DNA from: Lingula anatina
Taxonomy: Eukaryota > Animalia > Brachiopoda
Assembly (NCBI GenBank): GCA_051362555.1
Contig: CM120647.1
Coordinates: forward strand, 2,914,001-2,978,000
Direction of reading: 5' to 3'
DNA length: 64,000 nt
Below are positions 51,233 through 64,000 of the stretch, piece after piece. Both the position numbers and the translations under genes were made by a program. Each line of letters starts with the position of its first letter. The stretch's first letter is position 1. The notes below the pieces were generated by a model, which saw nothing but the letters and a program-made list of their open reading frames with translations, ran no database searches and was not told the DNA's origin.

Positions 51233-54200
51233 CTTCCTCTGCTGAGTGATCGTGGTTTTACGAAGAAATATCAAGAGTATGAATCTATTCTTACATAATA
51301 AAATGTCGTAAAGCGGTTTCCTCTTAGATATAAAGGATCGCCCCGGAAACCACGCTTTGTTTTTGTCCTCACATGGCTTCTCTCTTTTATTGAAATCAGC
51401 ACTTGCGCGGTGCGAACGAGATTTTCAAGGACTCATTGCCAATAAGAGATAATAGCTTTGCAACTATAAATGACATTCAGAGAAGCATAATTAGTGTCTT
51501 TCCAACGATTTGATGAAACGAAATGTAGATAAAAATAATAAGACAAATTCTTTCTCCACTTATTACACTATCCCGAATTCTAAATCTGATGCTTAAGTGA
51601 TGGGTCGTTTCGGATACATTGACTTAAGAAGTTAATAGAAAGCTGTCAACTTCCAGCTTGATCTTCACGAATCCTCGTGCGAGTGATGCCACTGTGACAC
51701 CTGTCAATCACATAAGCCACCAGGGCTATATGTACCAAGAGTAATGTTTCTTTTCATCAATAATAAATTGATTTTCTGCGACAGAATTGCTACTAACGCG
51801 CAATAATCCTCGTTTTACATTAATGCAGGGGCTCCATTTACCTTACAATGTCTACGCCGTTTAGCAAACTACCAAAGTAGTTCTAGCCGCAATATTGTTA
51901 ATTTGGCGGAGGTTATTCTTTATCTTTTTTCTCCTTAGCACTTTTCAGTTACAGGTATGTTCCATCATTTGGCTGAACTGTATTTAATGTTGTCACTCTG
52001 TTCACGGACGCAGAGTCACGCTCTGAAATACTGCTTGATGCCAACACGTCAGCTATAAACTGGTTCCTTTATCTGTGGAACGTTCACTCGTACTTTTTGT
52101 ATATCATTGTTGACAGCAATATTATTTCTTTCTATTTATTTACAGAACTTTGTTCAAACGCGTTCGCAAGATCTATCTACTTGTATTTAATACCATGCAT
52201 TTCTTTGGTGTTAATATTTAATATTATGACACGCTGAATGATGAATCCCATATGCACAATGTTGCTGAAAAATAGAACACTCTTTTATTACCATATTTAC
52301 TATCATAAATATTGTTTTTATGTGCTTTATTCATTGTAACGTATGCATCTACATGGATAGATGAAAATGTACAAAGGAATGCAAATATATATAAATATGA
52401 ATTATGATCAATAGTGATATTGTATGACTCCTTGTATAAAAAAAAAAACTGACATATGCAGTACTTATGACTGCCTCTATGGTTCAATCCAAAAACTGCA
52501 TATTAAAAACAAATTCCGATTCCTTTATCCATTGCGCTTACAGAGCAATAATTAATGACAGCTGTCTATATCTCCGTTAACTCCACGTCTCTGGAGAACT
52601 CCCAGAACAACTGTGATGCCAGTTATTGATGTTACTATTGGTGTAGAATTAATTTAGTGTCCTGGCATCGCTCTGCTTTATGTCGTAACTGCAGATGGAG
52701 AAGATATGAATTATACGTTCATAAGTCTGTCATTGCAAGTGTAATCACCGATACGTATAAATGCTGACTTGACTGCGCTTTGTCTTAAAACTGCGAAGAA
52801 AAAATAATTATTATTATTACCGATAAGATCGATCCCGGGATTGCCCGTCTGATGAAAGCTTTGTTACATAAATATGAAATGTAATTAGCTGATTTTGCTG
52901 AAATGTAATACTTGTATACGCAGGTGCAGAAACAGTCCATATTATTTTTCCTTGGCAGCTCGAGAATATCACGAAGTGAAGGGGGATAGAAACCAGCCTG
53001 GGTCCAAGAGAAACAGATCCCCAATGTTTTATAATGTAAAAGATTTCGCAAACGGAATGTGCTTCCTCTGACTGGCATTCAAAAATACACACGTCGCACA
53101 CACGTACAATCACATACACACGTGCCAAAGACACTCACCGGCATGTACATATACGTCAAACACGCCCATGCATACGCACGCACACACGTAACACAAGACG
53201 TACCCCTTCATACGGCACAAACAACACTTTTCCTGTAAAGGCTTTTCAGGTTCCGCCATCACAACAGATTTGTCATGTAGACCATTGTCGACATGCATAT
53301 ACCTTGACTGTTCTAAATGTACTAATATGCAGTACTTATACACCGTGCATACAGCGCCTGCAAGTTACTGGTGCAGTTACCACCCAACACATCTTAGACT
53401 TCACTGAGGGATCAGGGGATCTGTAAACGTTGTGCGGCTTCTAGAATCATCTTTTGGGGGCAACAGGAGACCGGAATTTGTTCACATTTCCCTCAACATA
53501 CCTGTGCATTAAAAATTTCTGGGGCAGGGGCTAGATAGGGGTACGGCCACGGAATAAAGAGCCAGATGTTACCATACAACATATTCTGCCGGATGTTTAC
53601 CTTGCTCTCCATGTCGCCAATGTGGCTTGTTATCTGTAGATCTCTCTCTCTCTTCTGAGTTTGCCAGCCAGTCACTGGTGTGGCTGAAGAGGCTGGCAAT
53701 GGACTCTCAATGACATCATTACACTATCGAGGCAAAATGAATCAGTGTTAATTAAGTTTTACTCTATGTCTTAACAGTGGTATAACGTAAGTATGGCCTC
53801 AGTGCTTGAATGTCTCTTCAAACTGTTTGTAGTCTAGAACGTAGCGCTTTCCTGTTCAGTGATGTTATGAATCAACAGTAATATCTAAATACATATAACT
53901 TCTGCGAATAATCTGCAGAACCTATAGGAGCCATATGTACCATGAGGTTCCATTGGTGGCATGGGGCTATATATCTCTGCCTATATATATTACTCAGTGA
54001 TAGGCCTTCCAGTATTTATGAAGCATGCCCCTGAACCCGGTCCGCCACACTCCTAATGTTTCTGTGGTGCTAAGATATAAAGCTGATAATTCAGTATTGA
54101 CAGTATGGACGATGTACGCCGTCCTGGACACTGTGGTAAGGCTTCTTGTCCCGTGGACTACCCAATGTAAACGCCATATTCATCTGCTCATCATCTGCTT

Positions 54201-56432
54201 CAATATGATCACTGAAATCTATGACCTTTGCTGCACATCCGATCTGTCGGATCTGTTAATGAAGTGAACGTGGCATGAACATGGCGCTAAATAGCACGCT
54301 ACAGATACTGTAGATCAGACCAGACAATTAAGTCACTGTGTCTTTTCAAGGATGTAAAAACCCTCAAAGGTGTTATGTGGTATTACACGCGGGATTTGCA
54401 TTGCCTACATTTTCTTGAAACGTTGTTTTCCTTACGACACTTAAAGGTACATACGAACCGAGCATCGGTGGAGCGTGGATTCCCAGTAACACATATGAAC
54501 CACTTCTACAAGTTTCTTATACGACTCAAACAAATTCGACTTGCCTAGGGATAAAGTGAATAAATCATTCGATCAGCCATAAAAGAGCTTTAGACTGCTC
54601 CTTTCTTTAAATTTTTGGTCAGAAATTTAACCTACTTTCGTGACCTACTTTTCTGCCCCATTGACATACAGCATAGAAAGCTAGCAGGAAAAAACGTTCA
54701 AATATCATTTTTCGGTAAAACTTAACAATGCCCTTAGGTAATTCTCTTAGTTATTTTACTTGAAACTATATGCTGGCATTTGGTTGGCTTTGGTGGCAAA
54801 AAAAATGACTTCATATGCAGGATCGACCAATCTCCGAAGGGTTTCTCCCTAAATTGCTTTCAGTTTAAGCAGCTCTGATGTCTGACACGCCTACTGAAGC
54901 TGTTAGGGGGTACCTAGATGGATCTAGGTATGGGAATTGGGTCTTATATGTATATTTATAAAAAAACTGTCATTAGGTCAAAACACGATTTATTATCCTT
55001 TTATAGACACAGCTGTTACGTTCCATGATTACTTCGACGGCCAATTTGTAATACAGATTAAAAAGGCTCTATAAGATACATTACATTATGTGGATCATAT
55101 AGCTCATAAGCTATCTTGTAAGGCTAATACACTTTTACTAAGCGATAATCGAGAAAGCATAAGTCAGATTACTTCGACTGTTGGACGTAAGTGTTATTTC
55201 CGGTCTCAAAACCGCACCGACAGACAAACCACTGAAACAACTGCTGGTCGTGTGCAGGGGCGGGTGTGGATGGGTGGAGTCTGGGGGGGGGGGGGGTTCA
55301 CACTAACAAAAATCCCGTTCACACATCTGTCCAGTCAAACAACAGAATAAACCAAACAAATATTTCGTGGGCGGACTAATATTGGCAATATCCGATACTG
55401 CCATAAAGATCATAATGAAGCTTTTAACAAACGCCTTTCGACAAAATGAAAGGCAAAATCCAAGCAATTACCTGGAACAAAAACATCATTTTCTGTGGCA
55501 AAAATATCCCTCTTCAAACCATTCCAGATAACAGCTTCTGAACACGCAGTTGTCTGGTTGAGGAGTTTTATTTGTTTCGAACAATACAATTAATTGACTA
55601 CATAATTCCCATCCATTTTAGATACTTATAGGCTGATTTGCAATATTTTCATATTTCCGGGACAGTAATTATCCTTTAAAGGATATCAGACAATTTATTC
55701 AATCCGGTAAATGACAGAGTAATGGGTGATACCCTGCAGCGCCTTAATGTAAACACAGTTGCATGCAGAAAGAGAGAGACAGAGAGAGAGAAGGGGGGGG
55801 GAGAGTCCATATTTCTACTGAAAATCTACATGTATATGTCCAGGCTATGCAGGTGGCGATGGCATTTTCCTATTTCCATTTATTTGAACAATATAAGTGT
55901 TTGTCTGTGGTGCATTTCACTCACTGCGGCATTATCTTAATAAATGGAATTGTCAACAGCAATAACAATAAGAGAATAATAAAGGTAATACCAATTTTCA
56001 CCTTTACCTCCCCCAAGATTTTTTTTATTCAGTTTATTTGCTTGCATTATGCCTGAGGCGCTGGCGTAGTATTTACAACATTTTCTTATGTCCAACATTG
56101 AGAAATAGACCAAAACATACAATACCACAGTGAATTCTTGAAATCTGCACCTCACGGTGAGCGCTGTGGTTTATCAATTGTAACTCTTAAAAACATTTAA
56201 AACACCAGACCATCATTTGAAATCTCAGACTGGCCAGTCTCACTGAAAGCAATTAGCCCGTATATTTTGCCGCTATGTCCCTGATCCAAATCTTATATTG
56301 TTTATCAAATAGTAACATCCCCCGACAATCTAACAAGTTAAAGAGCACGTGCAAAGAGAATCGACCTACTCCACCCTAGTATTTAGCCACATTGATGACA
56401 TACGGAATCCTCAGAGTTTGAGCGAGAGACGT

Positions 56433-56588
56433 TGTGACAGGAATGGTCGTCCGCTAGGAACCGTAGTCCCCTCTCATATCTATCCTATACACATGTACTA
56501 ATCCCAATACTCCAACTAACCCTAACCTGTACTAATCTAATGAGACCACGGGCTTCCATTCCTAGGACTACCATTCCTGTCACACCGG
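56433..56588. mobile_element. Small foldback element with ~27-bp inverted ends and an internal CTAACCCTAAC motif
   Basis: Left TGTGACAGGAATGGTCGTCCGCTAGGAA; reverse complement of the right end TGTGACAGGAATGGTAGTCCTAGGAA; the element ends ACACCGG. Confidence 0.7.
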
Positions 56589-58609
56589 TCATTTCTAGTA
56601 TATATTATGAAGAATTGCTTGCTTGATCTTATTTAAATTATGACAACCTACACGTATATAATGATAGTCTGTAACATCGATTTTGTATTATTAATCAAAA
56701 TAATCAAATGAGAACTTCATTCTCGTCGGTCCAGCGGGCTCCATACACTGTACTGTGGACTGGTACTTTTCTCGGAAATGCAATAAACCAGAAGGAACCT
56801 TGTACGTTTGAAGGAGCTAATGGGAGGATTGTTAATTACCATCACGTCAAGCAGACGATTACCAACCACGGAGAACGAAACCACTATAAATCAAACGAAC
56901 ACAAACGGAAAAATCTTCCAAAAGTGCGCTGGTCAACGCAGCGGAGTTTAATAGATTTTCAATTAAAGTACAAATGAGCCTACCTTCCCATTCACATTTT
57001 GCGAGGTTGATTCCACAAGTGAGTGCACAATACACAGTGACCGACCGCAATGAACGTCGTCAGCATATCTACTTGACTAACTGGCCACTATATTGCTAAG
57101 GTTGACTTCTTTTACGGGGGACTTGAAGAAACAATAATCTTAATTCAATTACCTTAGATCAAGTTTACTTATCTTCTTAAGTCTCCTATCATGCATGGAG
57201 GTACATTATCAAATGAAGCCTTGCTAATGAAATGTTAGCGGATTTAATAAACAAGCTAATCATTAATGGAATTAAAACTTTCCAAATACAATTAGGGTAT
57301 GGACATGGATTTTACATCAACTGTAAGATTAGGTTACTAGTTTTACTGCCTTGGTTACTCTATCACAGGGACGCCAGGTCTTAGTTACTTCGCCAGCAGG
57401 TAACCCATCATCGATGACATGTTTTTAGAGATCAACTGCAAACTGACTGATTCCGACGTTTATTTCTCTGGCTGTGAGATCTGGAGTGTCCTAAGATAGT
57501 AAGAGCAATCCACGCTTTCGGTTCGAATGACAAAAAATTAGTCTATAATGATCTGTCTGATCTCTATATATGTAGTGATACAAAGAAAGAAGCACGTAAA
57601 TATATTTAAGTGATTCTTATGGCAAGAGACAAGCCAATTAACGAATTTAGGCATATATTTCTAGAGAACTTCAATATAATTAAATTGAGATTGATTAAAA
57701 TTTAAACTAGGAGATTAATTGACATTATTCAGTCCTTTATAAACTGAAAAACACCCTGTATATCTAGATTACAGATCTTTCTATTGAATAAAATATCATT
57801 TTATACGTGTAGGTTGTCATAATTTATATAACATCAAGCAAGCAATTGCTTAATGATCGCCATGACTATCCCTGCCTGCGTGCCAGCCTGTAGCCCGTGT
57901 GTGAAAAACAAAAATCTACATGAACTTCAATAGAAGTCGTTCTGCGTTTTCAAGTTGCGGTTCTATCATTAATCAGTAACCAACCAAGGTTACATTAAAT
58001 CTTTGTTTAAATTAAAGTACTTAAGATTTGGTCTCATTGACTTTTGACTCCATTTTACTTAGACATCATCCAATGTTACTCAAGCCTCATTAGTTGCGTA
58101 AAGAGCCCTTTTCAACTACACAATGATATATAAATAATATATTTGTCTTATTTAGATACTATTCTGTGAATTATGTAATTTCCTACCCCCATATTTGCCA
58201 CTTTAGCTGAACACCTCTGCAGTAATAATAGCAGTTACAAATCTCGCCCACAATAAAATTAACTCCCCCGATCCCATTAAGCATTGCAATATGGATATAT
58301 TTTACCAAATAGACCCCATACAAACATTCTAGGTTCAAATCACCTGAATAATTGTATATTATTTCATTTTTATTTAAATTCTAAATTATGAATGTTATAC
58401 CGGTATTTCCCCTTCCCCCATGTTTTAAAATTCGCCCATTCAAGCCACAGTGTGTCACATGGCATTAAAGTAAATCCTTGTGAGACAGTTTTTTGTTCTG
58501 GGAACACCTAGAAATAAAAAAATTAGAAATCAAGTATTAAGAAAACGCATGTTTCAATTTTTTCAAGGGGTTGCACGCGAATCCTTTGTTCCCACCAAAC
58601 TGTTATATT

Positions 58610-58824
58610 TCATTGCTGTCTTCGCAAGCACAATATGATGAAATTAGTGGACACCGTCACAATCATGTTGAGACAGACCCAAAAAACAAATACTGAAGGC
58701 TCAGTACTTTTGAAACTTAAATTTTACAAAATATATTTATCAAATTTTATATAAAATAATTTCCAGTGGTAATTCTAGTTTTACAATGATTTTGATTTAA
58801 CGGTGAATTGTTTTGCATTCACTT
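58610..58824. repeat. Dispersed repeat, copy B (unclassified)
   Basis: Same-orientation diverged match to 33449-33675. Confidence 0.8.
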
Positions 58825-59918
58825 ATATATTTTCAGACATTCTAAACAACCCGTCCGTGAATTCAGTTGGGTCAGGTGTAGGTTAATTATATAATATGGT
58901 GCAATTTCCCTATTAAGACCGCACAGTTACCACCACCTGCAGCTCAGAGATGAATCTGAACATAGGAATATAATCTATAATTAACTATTAGGCCACACTC
59001 AATTAATTTCATGTATGACTTAATCTGGAGACACCCAAACTAATGCAAGAGGGCGAAAAATGCCGCTAAAGTAGACGAACGCACAGCTAAAATTACACAC
59101 AGAAATTAGACAAATGGAACCCCAGTGTATCAAACAAACAAAACATTTTTATTGGTGCTGAGAACACTAAAGAGTCAGAAGTCTTCTTAGTGTATCAAAC
59201 ACCAGACACGGTACAGCATACTTTTAAATTACGTTTTTTAGTTGTGAGTGAATTTTAAAATGCTGGTAAACTATTACATTATTGCATGTTAGACGTAGTC
59301 CTATCTAGCTTTACAATTCTAAATGACTGATTTGATTTGTTTAGTTGGTATAATTAAAAGCACACTATTGGCCAATACGTAATGCCAGCTAAGAAAACGC
59401 ATTATACAGGAGACTGATGGAGAACGCTGGACAAAATCAAGTGCGTTGCTTTCCCAACCCTTGAATAGGAAATAAAAAGTAAAGGATGTTATAATAAGGA
59501 TAAATGAAGTTTGGGTATTTATTAGATATTTTGATGATACTCGCGGTGGCTGAGATTTAGGTCATAAGTTAATTGTAATTAAAATTTGCCCTGTTTGAAC
59601 TCCGCCGGAACCTAGCTGTATTTCAGGGTCAGCGCATGCTCTGTAACTTAACACGAACAAACGATAAAAATTATTCATGTGTCTGTTTACATCATTTAGC
59701 CTGGTGTACGACGAACCTGTCATCCATGTTCAGTAGTCGTCGCCAAGGACCCGCTATGCACATACTGAACTTCCTAAAGTTTACTATATTCTGACTTCAG
59801 AATAAAACCGCCGGCGCGCGGCCGACATAACCTGTTCCTGACCGGCAGGGCCTTCAAGCTGCACTGCTGGGTCCACGCCGACTTTGCATCAAAGACATAC
59901 CACGTTATTTCTTTACGA

Positions 59919-59934
59919 CCCCCCCCCCCCCCCC
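59919..59934. repeat. Poly-C tract
   Basis: Homopolymer run. Confidence 0.9.
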
Positions 59935-61879
59935 AAACAAAAGTAATAATAAAGATAAAAAATCACCCTAAATAGTGGAGTGGAAGGTGTTAAGTGATGT
60001 GCGCGGCGTCGAGAAAAATAATACTTCTATATCCTACATCTGTTTTTAATTTGCCTTGTTTTTCTGTCCACAAGTTATTTTTACTAAGTGATATAATGAA
60101 TCTCCCTATATTTCCTATGTCTTACATATTGACCGATTCAATGGTTTTAATTTGATCTTAAGAGTTCCCCTCTGACAAACTGATTATATAATCCATAAAG
60201 TTTATAAAAACAAATGTTGTGAATCGTTTAATATAAAATGAACTTTAAAAAGTTATACCTGACACATTTTTTTGGCAAGAAGTGACTTATAAATGATTAT
60301 ACTACAGCCTTTTTGCCGTGCCGCACACTTTCTTTTCTTCTTCGAGTTCAAAGTCCGATCGATTTCTCTCACTTGTTTCCTTCGTACTGTGATGTGCTGT
60401 AATACTATCGATCACTGTGTTCACAGCAAGGTTCACGTGTAAACACTGCCAGGTTTTCAGTAGAATATATTGATAAACATTTAACTAAGTGGGGGATTAT
60501 GCAGTGACCAATAGCGTACTCTAAGTTAAACAGCCTAAACAGATTAAATGCGCTTACAAAAAAAGAATAAAATAAGAGAAAAATTTTTAAAAAATTAAAA
60601 AAAAAACGCAATCGTAGAGAGACCATTGATCAGCGATTCGAGTGAATCATCAAGATGTGTTTACTGGGATGAGTTATGATTACAGCCACAGCACGTACGG
60701 GTCAACCTGATGGCAGGGCGCATTAACTCGCACAATTTTGTAGCTCGCAAAAAAGTGTTCTACTGTCCACGCAGAACATTATGAATGAATTTACTCGACT
60801 TCAAACTCCAGCCCAAGATACGTCTTCGAGAGTGTCACAGTCGAGCTTAGTATGCTTATTATTCTGCATCAGCACGCAGAGGCCCTATATTGAAACAACT
60901 AGTCATTTATTTGTTGTCCAGGTAGAGGCGTTCAAACGTTGTGCCACCGTCGATATTTTTTGTCAAAATAAATGTTCGTTGGGGGATCAAATAGTGCAGT
61001 GATAATGGTCTAGGGAAACAGCGACAAAATTTGAAAAAAAAAATGTTCACCCCTAACATGAACAGAGAGATGGAGGAAGGTTTGGATATAAGTTGCTCTT
61101 AGCCCCTGTAGAGGGGTTCAAAAATTATGCTACCGTCGGTATTTCACGACGTCAGCACGGGGTATTGGGTATAGTTTTCAACTAGCAATAACCGCGCCTC
61201 GGACAAACCTCAATGGATATGGTGCCGCCACTGAGCAAGGCTGACACATGACAGGAATTCAGCGTCTTTGCCTGCGCGTCTGTAGGTGATTTGCAGAACA
61301 AACAGAAAAGTCACGTACGGTGAATAATGAACGCAAAACACGTTTAACTTGACAACAGCAGGCCCACAAACATTATTGTTTTATTACATTGATTTATTCT
61401 AGTATGTGAGTAAAGGGAAAGCAGCTCATTGATCTGAAAGCATCTGGAATAGGTACAATTAACACCGACAGTTCGCAACCACGGGAACATATCCTATATA
61501 AAACCACCAAGATTCACGTCATGATGCCACAAACTAGACAAAGAAGACTCGTATAATAACATTCTCAGTGAAAAGTGTCCCCGCCAAGGAGCAACTTCCC
61601 ATAGCTTGTATCATATATGCCTATTAAGATATGGCGACATGTATCTTTATTTAAGTGTTAAATTTAAAATAAAATATAGAAAAGCGTCTGATGTTAAAAC
61701 ATTCGCGTTGCCGATAAAAGATACTGTATAACACACCTGCAGCCGCCGGTGCAGATAACCTACATGTAAGTGACTGTAAATAGAGAGGTCGAGGTGAATG
61801 AGAGTCATATTTTAATTAAATGTGCACGCCATATGAATACTCTGCACGCGGGTATGAGTCTACAGCGTTCTGCCTACGG

Positions 61880-61882
<3 letters not shown>

Positions 61883-61912
<30 letters not shown>
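61883..61912. repeat. (GA)15 microsatellite
   Basis: Perfect dinucleotide run. Confidence 0.97.
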
Positions 61913-61917
<5 letters not shown>

Positions 61918-63571
61918 TTCTCGGGTAGCAGCATATTAGTATTGCAGCACACGCAATCTGGAACAATTTCACCTGAACGTTCAGGCTATATGCAGACACG
62001 AGGATGTTTGAATAGTTCCATTGTTAGAACTAACCGTTAAAACCAATGCATGATCGATATGTTAAAGTTTGATCGTCACTGACCAGGTCTATTTTGTAAC
62101 GCTGTCGAGTTTAGCACTGTGAGGCTCTCAACTGACCCAAGTCACGATACACGCAGCAATATGATAACCCAACGTGCAATTGTCGTTGATAGATTTCCCC
62201 GTTAATATAGTTTGTGTAGCCTACTAAATTATATACTTCTAGTAACAGTGCTTTCATCTCAGTCTCCTCTCTGTGTCCTGGCCGCGAACGTTCAAAATTC
62301 TTAGATCATATTGGCATAGGCTAGATTTTTTACATAATTCAGGAAGTAGGCTTTGTTATCAACTTGCTGACTAAATAAACAGTCGCAACAGTTGCACTTA
62401 TGTCGGTGGTCCACGTATAGCGGTTACTACTATATACACCACCACTGTCGGCGTTCATATGATATATGTACACAACATGGCCTCAGGATTTCACCTCATC
62501 GGACGCTGTTATTGATCTTTGTCCGCAGACGACGTAAACTAATGAGCGCCGATTGATCTCGTCTGCTGCACGTTATTGATATTTGATTGCCTTGTTATAG
62601 CTCTCCAGACTCCGCCCATAGTTTAGAAATGACCTAGAACATTGAGGGCTACATTCTGTCTTCCTTTTCTTATCTAACCAAATTAAATCAAGACAATATC
62701 TATATAATTGAGAGGTAGAATGGGGTTTAATAATTCTGCCAAACTGCTGGTTGTGTGGGACATTGTTTCATTTTATACTCTTAACAAAATAAGCCTGTTC
62801 CATCCCTAGCCATCGCATTAACGAGTTACGTAGAGAGGACAGTGCTGTTGCTATCACAACATGTACACTAGTCCTTGGAGAGTGTCAACTACCAGAATAT
62901 GGCACTCAGATTCTTCATCATTCTTCATCATCTCACACCCAGCTACACATGTGTGGATCATCCTGTCCAGTTGAATATTTTAAAGGTGATTTTATACCAA
63001 GGAGAGGTGAAATGCAGTGTCCACACAGAGCCTTCTTACTGCAGTTGTAATCAAGCCCGATACATTGTATGTCGCTTGCAGACCTGCCATATCACACACT
63101 TATAACGGACATGACAGTTATATGTGCATAACTGTGTCAGCTAAAACGTAACATATATACCTCATCGAAAATGAGATATTTATCAAAATCAAGTCTGACG
63201 AAATACAATGCAAATTGCACAAAAAATACAGAAACCCATAGGAAAAAATTAACTCACCGCATCTTAACAGGTTGAAAGCATATGCCTTGCAGGAAGGCCT
63301 GCTAGTGCAACACGGAGTCTTCCCTATAGTCACCACACTTAAACCAACCCACCGTCACAGACAGAGCTGTCATGCGCCTATCGATCACCATGGCCGCCTT
63401 AGCACTAGGTTCTGAAGATCGATTTGTATGAAAAAGGAGAAGATCTCGTTTATCATGGCGCAGGTCGTAGGCATTGTAATTCTTCTCCCTGTTACATGAA
63501 ACATTTGTTATCACTAGGACAGACTCCCGTAAAATTGTACATCATCAAAACACCGGCTTTATCATGGCATC

Positions 63572-63762
63572 ATAGAGCACATTCGGAACAGCGGACTAAC
63601 AGATCCGTGGATCAAATATGGCGACACACTTAAAAGCTTGCCGCTTAATTCCCGATTAGACACTGAATACATTCCCCGCGGGGATTACACAACAAGCATT
63701 GAAGTAGGTCGGCCATATTTGATCCGCGGATCTGTTAGTCCACTGTTCTGAATGCGCTCTAT
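63572..63762. mobile_element. MITE with ~70-bp terminal inverted repeats
   Basis: Left ATAGAGCACATTCGGAACAGCGGACTAACAGATCCGTGGATCAAATATGGCGAC..CTT.AA.GCTTG; reverse complement of the right arm ATAGAGCGCATTCAGAACAGTGGACTAACAGATCCGCGGATCAAATATGGCCGACCTACTTCAATGCTTG. Confidence 0.85.
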
Positions 63763-64000
63763 ATATATTAGAAATCATGGTTTGTTCCCCAACTTGAATT
63801 TCCGTTAAAGTAAATGGAATTTCCTTCATTGCGACCTATACAGACTAGAACATTAAGAGAACAATGTCTGAGCCGCCCGCGGTCCTTCAGAAGCAAGCAA
63901 CTGGACTGCTTGAAATGTTGCACGAGAAAATTTGATGTGATGTCGTTGCATTCCCAGTGTTTTATGTTCAGACAACACTATAGCAGATGTCTTCATTGGA

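Noticed and set aside
52849-52880. Second hammerhead core (CTGATGA...GAAA)
   Set aside because: No stem II between the two motifs.
56516-56526. Interstitial telomere
   Set aside because: Fewer than two full CCCTAA units, and embedded in a foldback element.
57735-57762. Tc1/mariner-like terminus (AAACACCCTGTA)
   Set aside because: No matching opposite TIR found nearby.
59541-59612. tRNA or tRNA-derived SINE head (A-box- and B-box-like words)
   Set aside because: The boxes are weak, no cloverleaf could be built and there is no second copy in the window.
38839-63633. Scattered 60-150 aa ORFs
   Set aside because: No recognisable motifs apart from the L2 fragment, many have non-ATG starts, and I found no consistent exon chain.

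Overview
Eukaryotic (animal, probably a marine invertebrate) genomic DNA, not prokaryotic. Bases 1 to about 26,240 are a tandem satellite array of a 49-bp monomer with higher-order repeats; it decays into a degenerate flank that ends near 27,550. About 0.7 kb downstream lies a complete five-exon GH56 hyaluronidase-family gene (+ strand, CDS 28292-31407, 428 aa by manual splicing) that lacks the C-terminal EGF-like domain. A convergent single-coding-exon gene encodes an unrecognised 601-aa acidic, low-complexity protein with a C-terminal coiled coil (- strand, 36540-38345); it has a 5'-UTR intron. The remaining ~25 kb is non-coding and carries small transposon relics (Kolobok-like, Tc1-like, MITE-like hairpins, an L2 LINE fragment), a minisatellite and microsatellites. 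Between the two genes is a direct-repeat-flanked inverted repeat containing a minimal hammerhead-ribozyme-like core. All calls come from reading the sequence by eye; no searches were run.
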